A DNA stretch of 64,000 bases. Origin: Harriotta raleighana (taxonomy: Eukaryota). The position numbers were made by a program, and so were the translations under genes. The DNA lies in assembly GCA_050575255.1 (NCBI GenBank), contig JBNZDD010013674.1, positions 291,752 through 355,751 on the forward strand, given 5' to 3'. A model generated the notes under the pieces. That model was not told the origin of the DNA. It did not search any database and worked only from the letters and a program-made list of their open reading frames with translations. Positions within the stretch are counted from its first letter, which is position 1. Each line of letters begins with the position of its first letter. Of the stretch, positions 1 through 12,059 are shown in pieces.

Positions 1-1150
1 AGAAAGGGAAGCAAGAGAGACATATCAGACACCTCCAACGTGACCCATCCACCAAACATATATTTCCCTTCCCTCTCTGAATTCTGAAGGGATCGTTCCA
101 TCCGGGATTCTTTGGTTCATTCCACTGTCAGCACCACCAGCTGCTCTCCTTCGCAGGAGATGTAAGAGGGGATTAGAGGGGATTTTATAGAAACCTATAA
201 GATTATTAAGGGGCACAACAAAGTAGATAATGGGAGATAGTTGGAGAATCTAAAACCAGAGGTCACCGTCTTAAAGTTAGGGGTCAGCCCTTTCACACTG
301 AGTTGAGAAAAAACTTCTTCACTCAGAGGGTGGTGCATGTATGGAATTCTTTACCCCAAAGTGCTGTTGATGCTCAGTCCTTGAACATTTTCAAGACTGA
401 GTTAGATAGATTTCTCATTTACAAAGGGATTAAAGGGTATGGGGATAAGGCAGGTTGCTGGAGTTAGAGTAGAATATCAGCCATGATTGAATGGCGGGGC
501 AGGCTCGATGGGCTGAATGGCCTACTCCTGCTCCTATTTCTTATGTTCTTATGCCCTTTCACCTCCACCCAGACCACTCTCCAAAAACCCAAACACTACT
601 TCCATGTAAGACAGCGGTTCACATGTATACCACCAATTTAGGATACTGTATCCTCTGCTCACGATGTGGTCTCCTCTATATTGGGGAGACTAAGCACAGA
701 TTGGGAGTCCGATTTGCAAAGCAACTTCATTCTGTAGGCATGGTCAAACCTGATCTTCCGGTCTCCCTCCACTTGAATTCATGCTCGCATTCACAGGCTG
801 ATCTCTCCATCCATGGTCTCCTGCGCTGTTCCAGTGACCCACAGCAAAAGCTTGAGGAACAACATCCTATCTATTTGCTGGGGTCCCTACAGCCCTCTGG
901 CCTCAACATCAATTTTAGCCACTTCAGACCATAAAAACTCCCCCTCCTCCATTACAATCATCACTCCAGACATCCCTTGCCTCTCTGGTGTTTTGTCTGC
1001 TCTTCACTATAAACACCTCTTCTCCCCCAGTTTTGTTTTAACCCCGCCCCCTTTTTGTTTCACACCATTATCACCAATTTAACCCATCAATTAATACATG
1101 TTTTCCTTTTCTTCTCCTGACCTGCTGAGTTTTCCCAGCAAGTTCTGTTT
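1..1150 (+). mobile_element. Penelope-like retroelement 3' fragment (GIY-YIG endonuclease remnant), interrupted by a CR1 insertion
   Basis: ORF 491..934 contains YCILCSRCGLLYIGETKHRL...HLNSCSH...KLEEQHPIYLLGSLQPSGLN, a Penelope-type GIY-YIG C-terminus. A pLTR-like remnant (ctgacctgctgagttttcccagca, ~1117-1140) matches the hairpin at 5463-5635. Confidence 0.8.
172..553 (+). mobile_element. CR1 LINE 3' end
   Basis: ORF2 C-terminal pattern (RGDFIETYK...TRGH...FFTQRVV..WN.LP) followed by the 3' UTR gggctgaatggcctactcctgctcctatttcttatgttctt. Confidence 0.85.
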
Positions 1151-2642
1151 TTTTTAGCCAATGCCTGGCTGTTTATGGTATGTGTGCAAATTGGCTTCAG
1201 CATTTGCCTAAAAAATATCTTGCAACACTTGATAAAAGCACAGCGTGTCAAACCTTTCCAGAATCGTGTTCAAATCAGGATTTAATATTCATTCTGCAAT
1301 CCTTCAACACACTTTACGCAGCTGAGCAGAAATGATCTTTAGTGCTGAGTCACACAGAATTTCTAATAACAGCAGCAGTAAGGCCAATGTTAATGATGAT
1401 GATAGCAGGATACTATCCAGACTTTTATGCTTGAGACTCTCATCTTTTAAGTATATTAATTATTGAACTATTCTTTAAACAATCAACCGAACATGTAATG
1501 AGGTTGAGATTAGAAAACTGGAAATCTTTGATTGCATTTACACTGAAGCCACCTTCCTTCAGTTTCCTCTCTGTCAACGATTATGTGACTTCCAACACTC
1601 TCAATTCAAGACTGTGGATTCATTGTTCAACACAGCTGGTTCTGAGGAGACTGAGATGTGCTACTGTAACTCATCCTGTCCTTTCACCTCCACCATCTAG
1701 TTTTGAGTATAGCTGGGAATAAGGCAGTGGATGTCTCCTCTCTCTGTTGGTCTTTAAAGGTCTTTTGTGTAATGAGTTTGACAATCTCAGTCCAGTGTCC
1801 ACCAGATATAGCACAAAGCTCCCCACACTTTGCCACAAATCAGCACTAAATTGGCAATCTCATCGGCCTTCAGGAAGACTGATGTGTGAAATTGAAATAA
1901 ATAAACTGATGCTGTTCTGGTATGGGGTTAAGGCAGGCTGTTGGTATAGAATGGAGCAAACTGTATGTAACCTGGGAGTGTTTGCCTCTCCAGCAGTGGA
2001 AATGTAACCCATTTTCCAATGGGCACAAAACATTAGAAATTAGAAATAAAATGACAGGTAGTTGTTGGCATTTGTGAGAAACCTAAACGCAATGACATCC
2101 AGAACAGGTTTTACTCCTCTCCTGTCACTTGAGTTGTAGCAATGCGGGCAAGGAAAGGTTATGGGATATAATGTTTCAAAGGGACTTGATCACAGTGTAG
2201 ATACTCAGGTGATGTGTTTCGCTAAAGGCCAATTGAAAATCTCGTGCCACCCAGTGCCTCAAGAAATATCAGTTGATTTTGCTCATATGTGAGTCAACTC
2301 GTTGCAGTTCAGTGCAGTGATATAGGTGATCATGGTTTTCTGTCATGTTGATAAATCACTATTTTTTCTAAAAAAAAATAGGATTACAGTACTTGATTTC
2401 AAAGTTTTGCACTTTATTGGAGTGTCAGCCTGGTCTATGACTTTAAAGTTAGAAAGCTATAAGCTGAGCCAGCTGTCATTTTCATCCAGCTAAGTACCCA
2501 AAAATGTGTGAAACTATATTGTATTGCTAACATCCTGATTTGTAATATTATAGACGTTACCTTTNGTGTGAAACTATATTGTATTGCTAACATCCTGATT
2601 TGTAATATTATAGACAACGTTACCTTGTGTTTTGTATTTCAG

Positions 2643-2749
2643 TTTGCCGCATGCACAAGATTGAGCAAATCAACCATACAGCCACGAAAGATTATAACTC
2701 CAACCGGATGGGGTTTTCCTTCAATAAAACAATGGGAGCTTTATTCTAA
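2643..2749 (+). CDS. Candidate terminal coding exon of an unidentified gene entering from the left of the window
   Basis: Acceptor tgtgttttgtatttcAG (2641-2642) with branch-point-like tgctaac upstream. Two frames are open: CRMHKIEQINHTATKDYNSNRMGFSFNKTMGALF* and FAACTRLSKSTIQPRKIITPTGWGFPSIKQWELYSK*. No homology recognised. Confidence 0.25.
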
Positions 2750-3054
2750 ATAAGTCTCAAACGTATCAGGTGTTCTCAGTTGGTTAGAATATGTTGTTGA
2801 TACAATTCCTACATCTCTATTTGACAACTTTTGCAAATACCAGAGCATTCGTGACTCTTACATAAAATAATACATTAAAGTGAGTCGAATGCATTTCTGT
2901 TTGTTCCTACCTAATCCTATGCCCTTTCAATGGAGCTGTCAATATATAAATGCAAAATATTACAGTAGTGAAACTCAGGATTAAGGTGTGATGAACGCAA
3001 ATATCAGATGTGCTGTGGAGATTTTCTTGAATGGAATCATGCATAGTCTTATTA

Positions 3055-3420
3055 CAGTAAAACCTTGTTCATCTGTGACCCGATCAACCGGATTCCTCGA
3101 CCCCCTCCCGGGGTAATTCCCCATTCCAGAATCGCGAATTTTCTCACTTTGCGCGTGCGTGCAATGCGTGCGCATGTGCACTTAGTAAATTTACGCACTT
3201 GAGTTTTACCGATTTTTTCCTGACTGTGCTGGAATGCTTTACTGGTAAGTATCCCTACTATATTCTGTTAGTATGTAGTCTGTTATTAACATGGTATGTT
3301 TTAAAATAAATATTTTTTTTATGTTGGGTTTTCGGCAACTTGTCCCCCGTTTATCCAAAACAGTCAATTAGTCGACCCCCCCCCCCCCATCGAGTGTGGC
3401 GGATAAATGGGGTTTTACTG
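3055..3420. mobile_element. Tigger/pogo-type (Tc1/mariner superfamily) MITE
   Basis: TA|cagtaaaaccttgttcatc ... ggataaatggggttttactg|TA: terminal inverted repeats with a TA target duplication and no coding capacity. Confidence 0.85.
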
Positions 3421-3509
3421 TATAGGACTAATTTCCCTTTTTCTGTTCAAAATAAGGTTATCAACTTGCCTCTATCTTTCTTCCAGCAATGTGAGTTATA
3501 CATTTATCT

Positions 3510-4257
3510 TAATAATAATAATCCTTGCATTTGATATAGTGCTTTTCACATCTTCTAGACGTCTCAAAGCGCTTCACAGAATATACTGTAAAGTGAATTG
3601 ACTGTATATAGTAAAATTCCTTTAATCGGCACCTGTTAATCCGGAATGCTTTACAATCCGGCATTTGCGATGGTCCGCCTTTTTCCAATATGCACATCTC
3701 TTCCCAGAGAGCCTTCACACTACTTAGCGCATTTTTCTAGGGAGTCCGTCTCTGATGTCATTTAATAAGTGTGCATTTGTGCTTTAATAAATGTGCGTGC
3801 ACGTGCAATTTTAAAAAAAAATAACTTTCAGTGGGTTCGATGCCTCTTTAGGCAGACTGTCTGCTCCGCCGGGATGGGGAGAGCTATAGTTTTCGCTATG
3901 TAACATAGATAAGAGCACAGCACATTCGAATCCTCAAATCCCCAAGAGTAACGTCCAATAATCCGCCATATTTGCGAACATGCAAATAGCTCCAAACCTA
4001 GGTCCGAACGTGCCGGTTTATCGGAATTTTACTGTACTTGTGGGCGAAACACGGCAGCGAATTGCACATAGCAGTGTCCCACAAACAGTCATGGGTTGAA
4101 ATGACCAAATTTATTATTGATTTTTTTGGAGGGATTATTATTGGACATGTGGAGTAAGGAAACTTCCCCAAGGTTTTGCCCTGACCTCCCTGGATTCGAA
4201 CACAGGTCTCACGCTTGTAAGGCAAGTGCTCTAACCACTGAGCTGCAGGAGCTCCAC
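3510..4257 (-). mobile_element. Full-length tRNA-derived SINE interrupted by a MITE
   Basis: Minus-strand head gtggagctcctgcagctcagtggttagagca...gttcgaatcc (A/B boxes), conserved body, and tail ...gcactatatcaaatgcaagg(att)n. Confidence 0.9.
3609..4034. mobile_element. Tigger/pogo-type MITE nested in a SINE
   Basis: TA|tagtaaaattcctttaatcggcac ... gtgccggtttatcggaattttactg|TA. The SINE sequence is contiguous once the element is removed. Confidence 0.85.
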
Positions 4258-5462
4258 AGAAGTTAACACAGGTTATGTTTCTCTGTGCTCTGGTATAACC
4301 ACTGCAGCTTAACGTGAGCAAGATGGAAGCTGTCCTATTTGCTCCAGCCAATTTCTCCTCACTTGTTGCTTTGTTCTCCTCAACCTCCCCAGAATCTCTC
4401 TCTCAAAATCCTTGAATCAGTTGGCAGCTCATTCGATCCTCATCTCTCCTTCCTTCTTTCTTCACACTTTGACCCTGACCATCACTGCCATTGTGGGTGA
4501 TCCCCTCCCACCCACTTATCTCAATTTGAGATAATAATATCACTTGCCATATTTTTCGGCCCAAATATTTTTATCTGAAAATCTGCTGCATTCTGTGCTT
4601 CTAAACCTAAATTTCTCTAGGTCCTCACTTTAATCTCTCCATTTTGCCCTCTATTTGTCTGGCTTCAAATCACACCTGAAGACTTTCCTCTTCGACGATG
4701 CCTTCGATCACTTCTTCTCCTTTTCAGTCTCGGCATCAAGCCATAGTTTTGTTAAGCACCTTGATCCCTCCCTGTTCAAGTGCTAAATAAATGCTTCTTG
4801 TTACTAAATAAATGCGTGTTGTTTCAGCGCCTTGGGACATCCTCCTTAAGTGAAAGGCTCTCTATAAATGTAATGTATTATTGTTGTTGTTAGTAGTTAG
4901 TTTAGTGATTCAAATTATTAGCATTGCAAAGTTTATAAACCAACCAAAACATTTTTATATTACTGCATTCTAATTCTGTTCTTGAAAATGATACCTAATA
5001 AAAATGACTAAAGCATGTATTTATTTTATTCTATTGTGTCTACAGGGATACTGGCCAATATCAATGTCAAGAACAATGTATTGTATCTGGCAGTCACGTT
5101 GGTTGCCTCAGTGGTTTGGAAAGTTCAGAGCTAGAGTTTCGATCACTGATAGCCTCAGCACTTTCTGCCTTACATTGATCTTCATTTCCCATTCAATCCT
5201 GGAAGAAAAAGGCCCAGAATCATAGTTGTTGTTTGTACTGAGCAGGGCTATTCTTGACCTAGACTAAATTAAACTTTTCATACAATCCATCATTGTTTGT
5301 GGGACACTGTTGTGTGCAATTGGCTGACACGTTTTACCCACAGAATATGCAGAAATTTATTTTATTGAACATTCTGTGAAGCACTTTGAGACATTTCGAA
5401 GACATGATAAGGCACTATATCCAATGGTTTCAATAAAATGCAAGGATTGTGATGATTATTAT

Positions 5463-5690
5463 TGGGAACACTCAGCAGAACAGGCATCATCTATGGAGAA
5501 AGGAAAGTGAGTCAACGTTTCGGGTTCACAACCTTTCATCAGAAACACTCCAGTTCTGACGAAGAGTTGTGGACCCAAAACATTGACTCATTTTCTTTTC
5601 TCCATAGATGATGCCTATCCTGCTGAGTGTTCCCAGCGATTTCCGTTTTTGTTTCAGATTTCCAGCATCTGCAGCATTTTACATTTTATT
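5463..5690. repeat. Penelope pLTR-derived inverted repeat (hairpin) with hammerhead-like cores
   Basis: ~80-bp arms tgggaacactcagca...tcatcagaa / ttctgacgaa...tgctgagtgttccca. The minus strand reads CTGATGA-AAGGTTGTGAACCC-GAAAC. Confidence 0.75.
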
Positions 5691-7404
5691 ATGATTTTTA
5701 ATACTTAAACCTCAATCAAAGAAAATGATCTCTGAAATAGAATAAAATACCATACTATATGTTGATGTGGATGAGGAGCCAGGCAGCAGAGTTGCAGATG
5801 CTGCAGTGGGTCAGAAACGTAGCAAAAATTCGGATCAATAATAAATAATAAAGTTTACGAAAAAGCTGATTTTTTTTAAAAAAGGAAACTGTTCACTTTG
5901 GTTGTTAGTAGGACATTGCTATCTACTGTATATTAATACTGATTCCCATTGGTTGCCCACAAATACACAATCACTGCATTTTACATTTCATAGGTGCTAC
6001 ATCAAGTGCAGGGAATATTGTTTTCTCCTCTACAATAGGCTGCTGTCCTCTGCCACCAGGCTCCATGATCCTTACCACCTCCATCCCACCTGACTGGCTT
6101 CACATCACACATCACACAGAGGATACAGATTAAGATCCTGGTCCTCACCTTCAAAGCCCTCCATGGCTTGCTCCCCCTTACCTCTGCAACTTCTTAATCG
6201 CTTAAAAAAATGAATAATGATAATTTGCTTACTCAATCTACGACTGTTTTAAAGACACTGCTATGCGCAATTGGCTGCCCCGTTTCACCAATTCGCATTA
6301 ACGTATAAAAATGTTATAATAATTCCTTTGAGTTCTGCCATTTATAGCTGTGTATGGAATTTTGATGTAGCCAACTTTTACCCAATTGTCAATTGAAGAC
6401 AGACAGCTTAATCTCCTCACATCATCTTGGCACAGGCTTGCTCTGCTTGAAAACTCAAGCAGAGCAAGAAAATAATAATTTGCTAGTGATTTTTACCTCG
6501 TGCAATTGAAGTCGTTCTCCTGAGTGAGAGATTGGAGCTTCCTCGAAATAGAAGCGTAAGAGGAATTGATTGGAATGGCCTGTTCTTAGCCAGCCAGCTA
6601 ATTGTTAGAGACTTACTTCTGTCAATATTCATTACTCTGAAAACATAACAACATCTGTCGAGGCAGTTTGCGAGGCCTGTGAAGGAGGGAATGTTGACTT
6701 CCCATCTCCTTGTCCCCAGAGAAAGGCAGGCATTCATGATGGGATCTCTCTACTTCCACGGGTTCATTAAACTGGATGAAAAGTATCGTGCAGTTGCCAT
6801 GTTCTGTAATTCCCAGTAATGGCCCCGTGCAGGAGCTATAATTAAAGCCAAGATTAGTCCTATTAAACCTGACATCAATAAAAGTGTGTGTTCCCGCAGG
6901 AAGAACCTAAATCAGATATTAAGTCTTTGATGCAAGAGTGGGTATCACTTTCTTGAGTCCATTTACAATCATTAAAGTCTTCAATGCTGCTTCGCTGCAT
7001 AAAACGTGGCATAGCTTGTACTTGCAGACGTTTGTTCTTACTGAAGGGGTGAAGAGATGGTTTAGTCAGAGTACTGTTTCACACCACTGCAGTACAAAGG
7101 CAGTGCTATTGATTTGGTTTGGTCTCCCGTTAAAACAATCAACTGAACCCTTCACCCTCAACATTTTGAGTTCAAGATCCTCATTCACACCTTTAAATCC
7201 CTTGACAATCCCGCCTACCTCTGCCCCCTCCTCAAAGGAGTGACCAGTGACTCCCGCCCTACTTTACTAACTCAGTGGTTCAGGAGCTGCCTCACCCATG
7301 AAAACCCTCCATAAAACATGCCCTCTATAAGCCCTCCATAGCATGACACATGGAAGAGCATGACCATCACTGAAATCGTTTGGCTGACAAATTAGCAGAG
7401 GTTA

Positions 7405-7650
7405 CATGGGCAAGTTTCTTTACTCCATACACACGCCTAATAATAATCCCTCAAGCAATAACAATAATACAAATTGGTCATTTCAATCCACGACTGTTTG
7501 TGGGACCCCGCTGTGTGCAATTGGCTGCCGCGTTTCACCCACAAATACACAGTCCAATTCACTTTACAGCATATTCTGTGAAGCGCTTTGAGACATCTAG
7601 AAGACGTGAAAAGCACTATATCAAATGCAAGGATTGTTATTGTTGTTACT
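7405..7650 (+). mobile_element. 5'-truncated SINE (same family)
   Basis: Body and tail match the full-length copies. Further short copies lie at about 8540-8672, 15955-16075, 18980-19130, 19270-19600, 23065-23225, 29235-29445, 29930-30130, 41095-41190, 53100-53300 and 61765-61870. Confidence 0.85.
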
Positions 7651-9538
7651 TCATGTCCTCCACGACAAGTGTCCCACGATCGCAGGGTAGACTTTCAGCG
7701 TTTCTTCCCCCATTCTCTGGAACACCACCCACGAGTCCCTCCAAACTCGTTAGCTCCCTCACCTGGTTCAGGGTTCATCTCAAGATCTACCTCATTGACA
7801 GAGCTTTCGTTCATCCTTTCCCTCCCAGGCCTCTCGGCTCCCACTCCCAGATCAAGTGGCAGGCGCCTTGGCTATGAATTTCAATTTATAATATATGCTA
7901 TTGGCTTTATCTCTCCATAGTTCCTTGAATTCCTCATATCACTAAAGAGTTGATTGTACAACTAGCATTTGGGACTTCCTCTCAACGTGAAAGGCGCTCT
8001 ATAAATGTAATTTTGTTGTTCTTGTAATAGCATTAGATGGATGCTCTGTTGGATAAGATAGTTGAGAGAAGGAAGATCTTTTATGGGCTGAATGACCTTC
8101 ACTCACCTTGATTTGTTGTTCTGTGCTTCTGTCCTTATTGAAAAGTGACAGAAATAACTGTTTAATGCGAACAGTTGTGTACAGATATTAATACTTTATC
8201 ATTCATGTCTTCATCACACAGACACTGTCAATATGATTTAATGCCACAACCTCTTTGTTTGTGATTACACCAGGTGTACTTAGCTTGGTGAACATGAGCA
8301 GATTGAAGGGGGCAGATTAAAGGCTATGGAATTGACAGCCTAATGTGCTGGCTATAAATGAGTTATGGTTGCCAGGATTTGCTCAGAGAAAAACTCACTG
8401 CTTGTTGGATCCAATTTAGCATCCTATTTACTTCTATATATAAATGTATCAGGTGCCCTCTGAGACATCTCTATCCAGGCTGAAAATCCATACCTTATCC
8501 AGTCTCTCCTATATAATCCATTGCTCTAAAACTGGAGACCTGCTGTGCGCAATTGGCTGCCGCGTTTCACCCATAAATATATACTTCACTTACAGAATAT
8601 TTTGTGAAGCACTTTGGGACGTCTAGAAGATGTGAAAAGCGTTATATCAAATGCAAGGATTATTATTATTATCATCTGCTTTTGGTCTTCTCTGCACTGT
8701 ATCCAGCACCCTTATTCTTCTTCACCAGGAAGTTAGAAACTGACTAGTTTAGAGTTAGTTCGACATGAAATGACGTTTTATCTACAATAATTTTACATTT
8801 AGGTATAACTGTAATGTAATGTTGGACATATTTTTAAGCTTAAAGTTACTCTGCCCTCAAAGCTGAGGTACAGATGCCAGTATACTTACCCACAAAATCA
8901 GCAGAGAACTTCAGAGATGCAGTTTCATTTCAAGTGTAAAACTCAAGTATTGTATATATGATAAGTAATGAGAACGGTTCATCAGCCTGCAGCTGCATTC
9001 GGCAGTTTGTAGAATTTCTGAGCTTAGCAAATTGTCATGTACCTGTCTAATCTAAAGGCACAGGGGATAAATTGTATTATCAGAGGATATTGTGCTGTTT
9101 CAATCTCCTTCACTTGCCACAACATTTCAAATCAAATCTGCTTCAAGGGCACCTTGTCTTTGTAATCAGTGATATTCTGCCATGACTTCAGCAACTGCAA
9201 AATCGCACGATGGTCACAGAGGAATGAAGTCAATTAACACAGAACAAAAGATAAATCCCAATGTCATTTTAGCGTCTTTTTTTTGTTTAAAATATGCAAG
9301 CAACACCAAAACATTGTTAAAATGGCACAAAGCAGGCACATCAATGAGGCCCATGCCTGTCTCTTCATGTGAACGTAAAAAGATTTCAAGGCACTATTTT
9401 TAAAGAGATTCGACAGACTAATTGGTCGCCCACTTCGGGACTTTACTGCCGCGAATAGCTACCACATTTGGTCACAGATAGTCACTAGGCAATGATGGTA
9501 ATTGTAGGATTAGGCTAATTACTATGCCCATATTTGTG

Positions 9539-9559
9539 AAGCGCCCTCTAGTGGCCACT
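9539..9559 (-). promoter_or_regulatory. CTCF-like binding motif within the 5' LTR
   Basis: Minus strand reads AGTGGCCACTAGAGGGCGCTT, matching the CTCF core CCAC[CT]AG[AG][GT]GGCGC. The 3' LTR copy is degraded (CCACTAGAGGCTGC). Confidence 0.55.
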
Positions 9560-9689
9560 GTGAGAGCACATGCATTGCATGGAAGTGGCCATCTTAATAA
9601 AGCTGTTTACAATGTCAGTCGCCTCCCATGGTCTCTCTCTTTATATCTTCGAATATAACAGTAATAATTGGTGAAGTGCTTTGATACTA

Positions 9690-12059
9690 GCATCGATTAC
9701 GTCACTAAACGCAAAACTGCATTCAACAACAACAGCTTAAAGTCGAGCAAACAAATGCAGCAAACCGAGATTCCAAGGGCGATAATTGTCAATGGTGTAG
9801 CAGACAATGCCATTCACGTCAACATTGTCCTGCGAAAGATGTCATATGCAACAATTGCCAAAAGAATGGTCATTGCAAGGCAGTTTCCTGCAGTGCTGCA
9901 TCCAAACGCAACACCACAAAAGTGAATGAAGTTCAAGACTCATTGGAGGATGACCTTCTGTTCCTCGGTGAGATCGTTGGCAATAACGTGCTTGCATCTC
10001 AGTTGATGGACACCACACCTGCTTCAAGTTAGACACCGGGGCAACCGTTTCTGTCATAAGTCACACAGAACCCTGGCTAGCTGGAGTACAACTCAAAGAG
10101 ACCAATCAGTCCCTCCTACTACCAGTGACGGGTGTATGTTGACTGCTAAACTGCAGTACCTCCAGAGGGAGGTCACTGAGCAACTCTACTTAATTCAAAA
10201 CCAGAGATGTTCGCTTCTCAGTAAACAAGCATGCGTCGATCTTGGCCTCATCGCAAGAGTAAACGAGGTGAAGCAGAGTCTAACTCCCAACTTCAAAGCA
10301 GAATATCCTGGATTGTTCACTGGCCTGGGAAAATTTCAGCCACGGTACCACATAACGCTGTGTCCTGATGCTAAGCCAGTACGCTTGTACACACCGAGAA
10401 AAGTGCCTCACCCACTACTACCACAAGTGGAAAAGGAGATTCAATCCATGCTTTGACAGGGTGTCATTTTCCCAGTCACTATGCCAACAACATGGTGCTC
10501 AGGTATGGTAATCGTGCCCAAATCAAATGGTTCCTATCACATCTGCGTTGACCTCACTCAACTCAACAAGAGTGTATAATGTGAGATTCACCCTTTGTCC
10601 TCAGTTGACGAGAGCTTGGCTAAATTGGGGAAAAGTAGAATCTTCTCCAAGCTAGATGCAAAGAGTGGATTTTGGCAGATGCCGCTTGATGAGGATTCAA
10701 AACTATTGACTACATTCATCACACCTTCAGGTCGTTATTGCTTCAACCGGCTACCATTCGGCTTCAGTTCGACACCAGAGATTTTCCAATGAACCATGTC
10801 CGGTATCCTTGTTGGCCTCGATGGTGTCATTTGCAATATGGATGACATTCTCATTCACGGTGCCACACAAGTTGAACACGACCGACGTGTGCGAGCAGTC
10901 TTGCAACGACTACTCAAAGCTGGCCTTACCTTCAATGACAAATGTGAATTCTCCTAAGGCTCCATCAAGTTCTTAGGTCACGTGATAGACGCAACAGGCC
11001 TACAGGCTGACCAACGCAAGACTATAGCCATTGCAGAGTATCCAGTCCCATCCAACATCACTGAGCTCCAGAGATTCATGGGAATGGTCAACCAACATGG
11101 GAAGTTCATCCCTGGGTTGGCAGAGATCAATGAGCCATTACGCCAGCTGCTAAAGAAACAGACAGCTTGGTATTGGTGTAACGCACAGCAGAGCTCATTT
11201 CAAAACATGAAAGATTTGCTATTCTCATCTGCAGTTCTCGCTCACTACGACCCAAAAACGTCCAAACTTTGTTGCCGCTGACGCTTCAGCATCCAGCATT
11301 GATGCCGTTCTCCTTCAGATACATCACGATAGAAAACGCCATCCAATCTACTATGCATCACGTTCTCTCAGTGACACGGAAAAGCGATATGCAGTAATCG
11401 AAAAAGAAGCACTAGCTGCAACCTGGGCCTTCGATAAGTTCTCTGACTGTGTACTAGGACTACATTTTATCCTCGAGACAGATCACAAACCACTTGTGTC
11501 CCTTCTGCAGACGAAGGAACTTGATAAGATGCCTCCACGCATACTGCGATTCCGCCTTCGTCTGATGAGATTAACTCCGACAGTCCAGTAGATTCCAGGC
11601 AAACACCAGAACACTACCGATGCACTATCCCGTGCTTCCGTCGGCACACCCGATGAATCCGAAATTTTTGCAAATCACACGATAAATACACTATCTGCGA
11701 GTAGACAACGCCTGCTTGACATCGCTGCAGCTCAGAAAGCGGGCAAAGAATGTGCACAGATCAAAGAGTATTGCTTACGTGGTTGGCCTGCTTACATGCC
11801 ACACACACCACTACTTCGCCAGTATTGGGAAAGTAGAAGCCGTCTCTCTGTCCTCAACAATCTTCTTCTTTATGACGACCGCATAGTCATCCCCAGAACC
11901 ATGAGATTGGAAATGCTTGACTGCATCCATCAAGGCCATCTGGGAATCGCCAAGTGCCGAGCCAGAGCACGTACATCTGTTTGGTGGCCAGGTCTCTCCA
12001 AGACTATAGAAGAGATGATTTCTAAATGTTCGACTTCTGCCAAACACCGACCAGAATAA
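9690..12059 (+). pseudogene. Gypsy gag-pol remnant (multiple stops and frameshifts; gag N-terminus and integrase core deleted)
   Basis: ORF fragments 10136..10456, 10595..10792, 10982..11281 and 11796..12059 are collinear pol pieces separated by stops. Confidence 0.9.

Noticed and set aside
4190-4257. tRNA-like sequences with A/B boxes (also ~25160-25222, 20370-20435, 57430-57497)
   Set aside because: They are SINE heads that continue into the SINE body, with no proper acceptor stem, so not tRNA genes.
7380-7920. 165-aa and 110-aa ORFs, and similar [12 protein letters not shown] peptides elsewhere
   Set aside because: They are read-through of SINE sequence; the same peptide recurs at many SINE copies.
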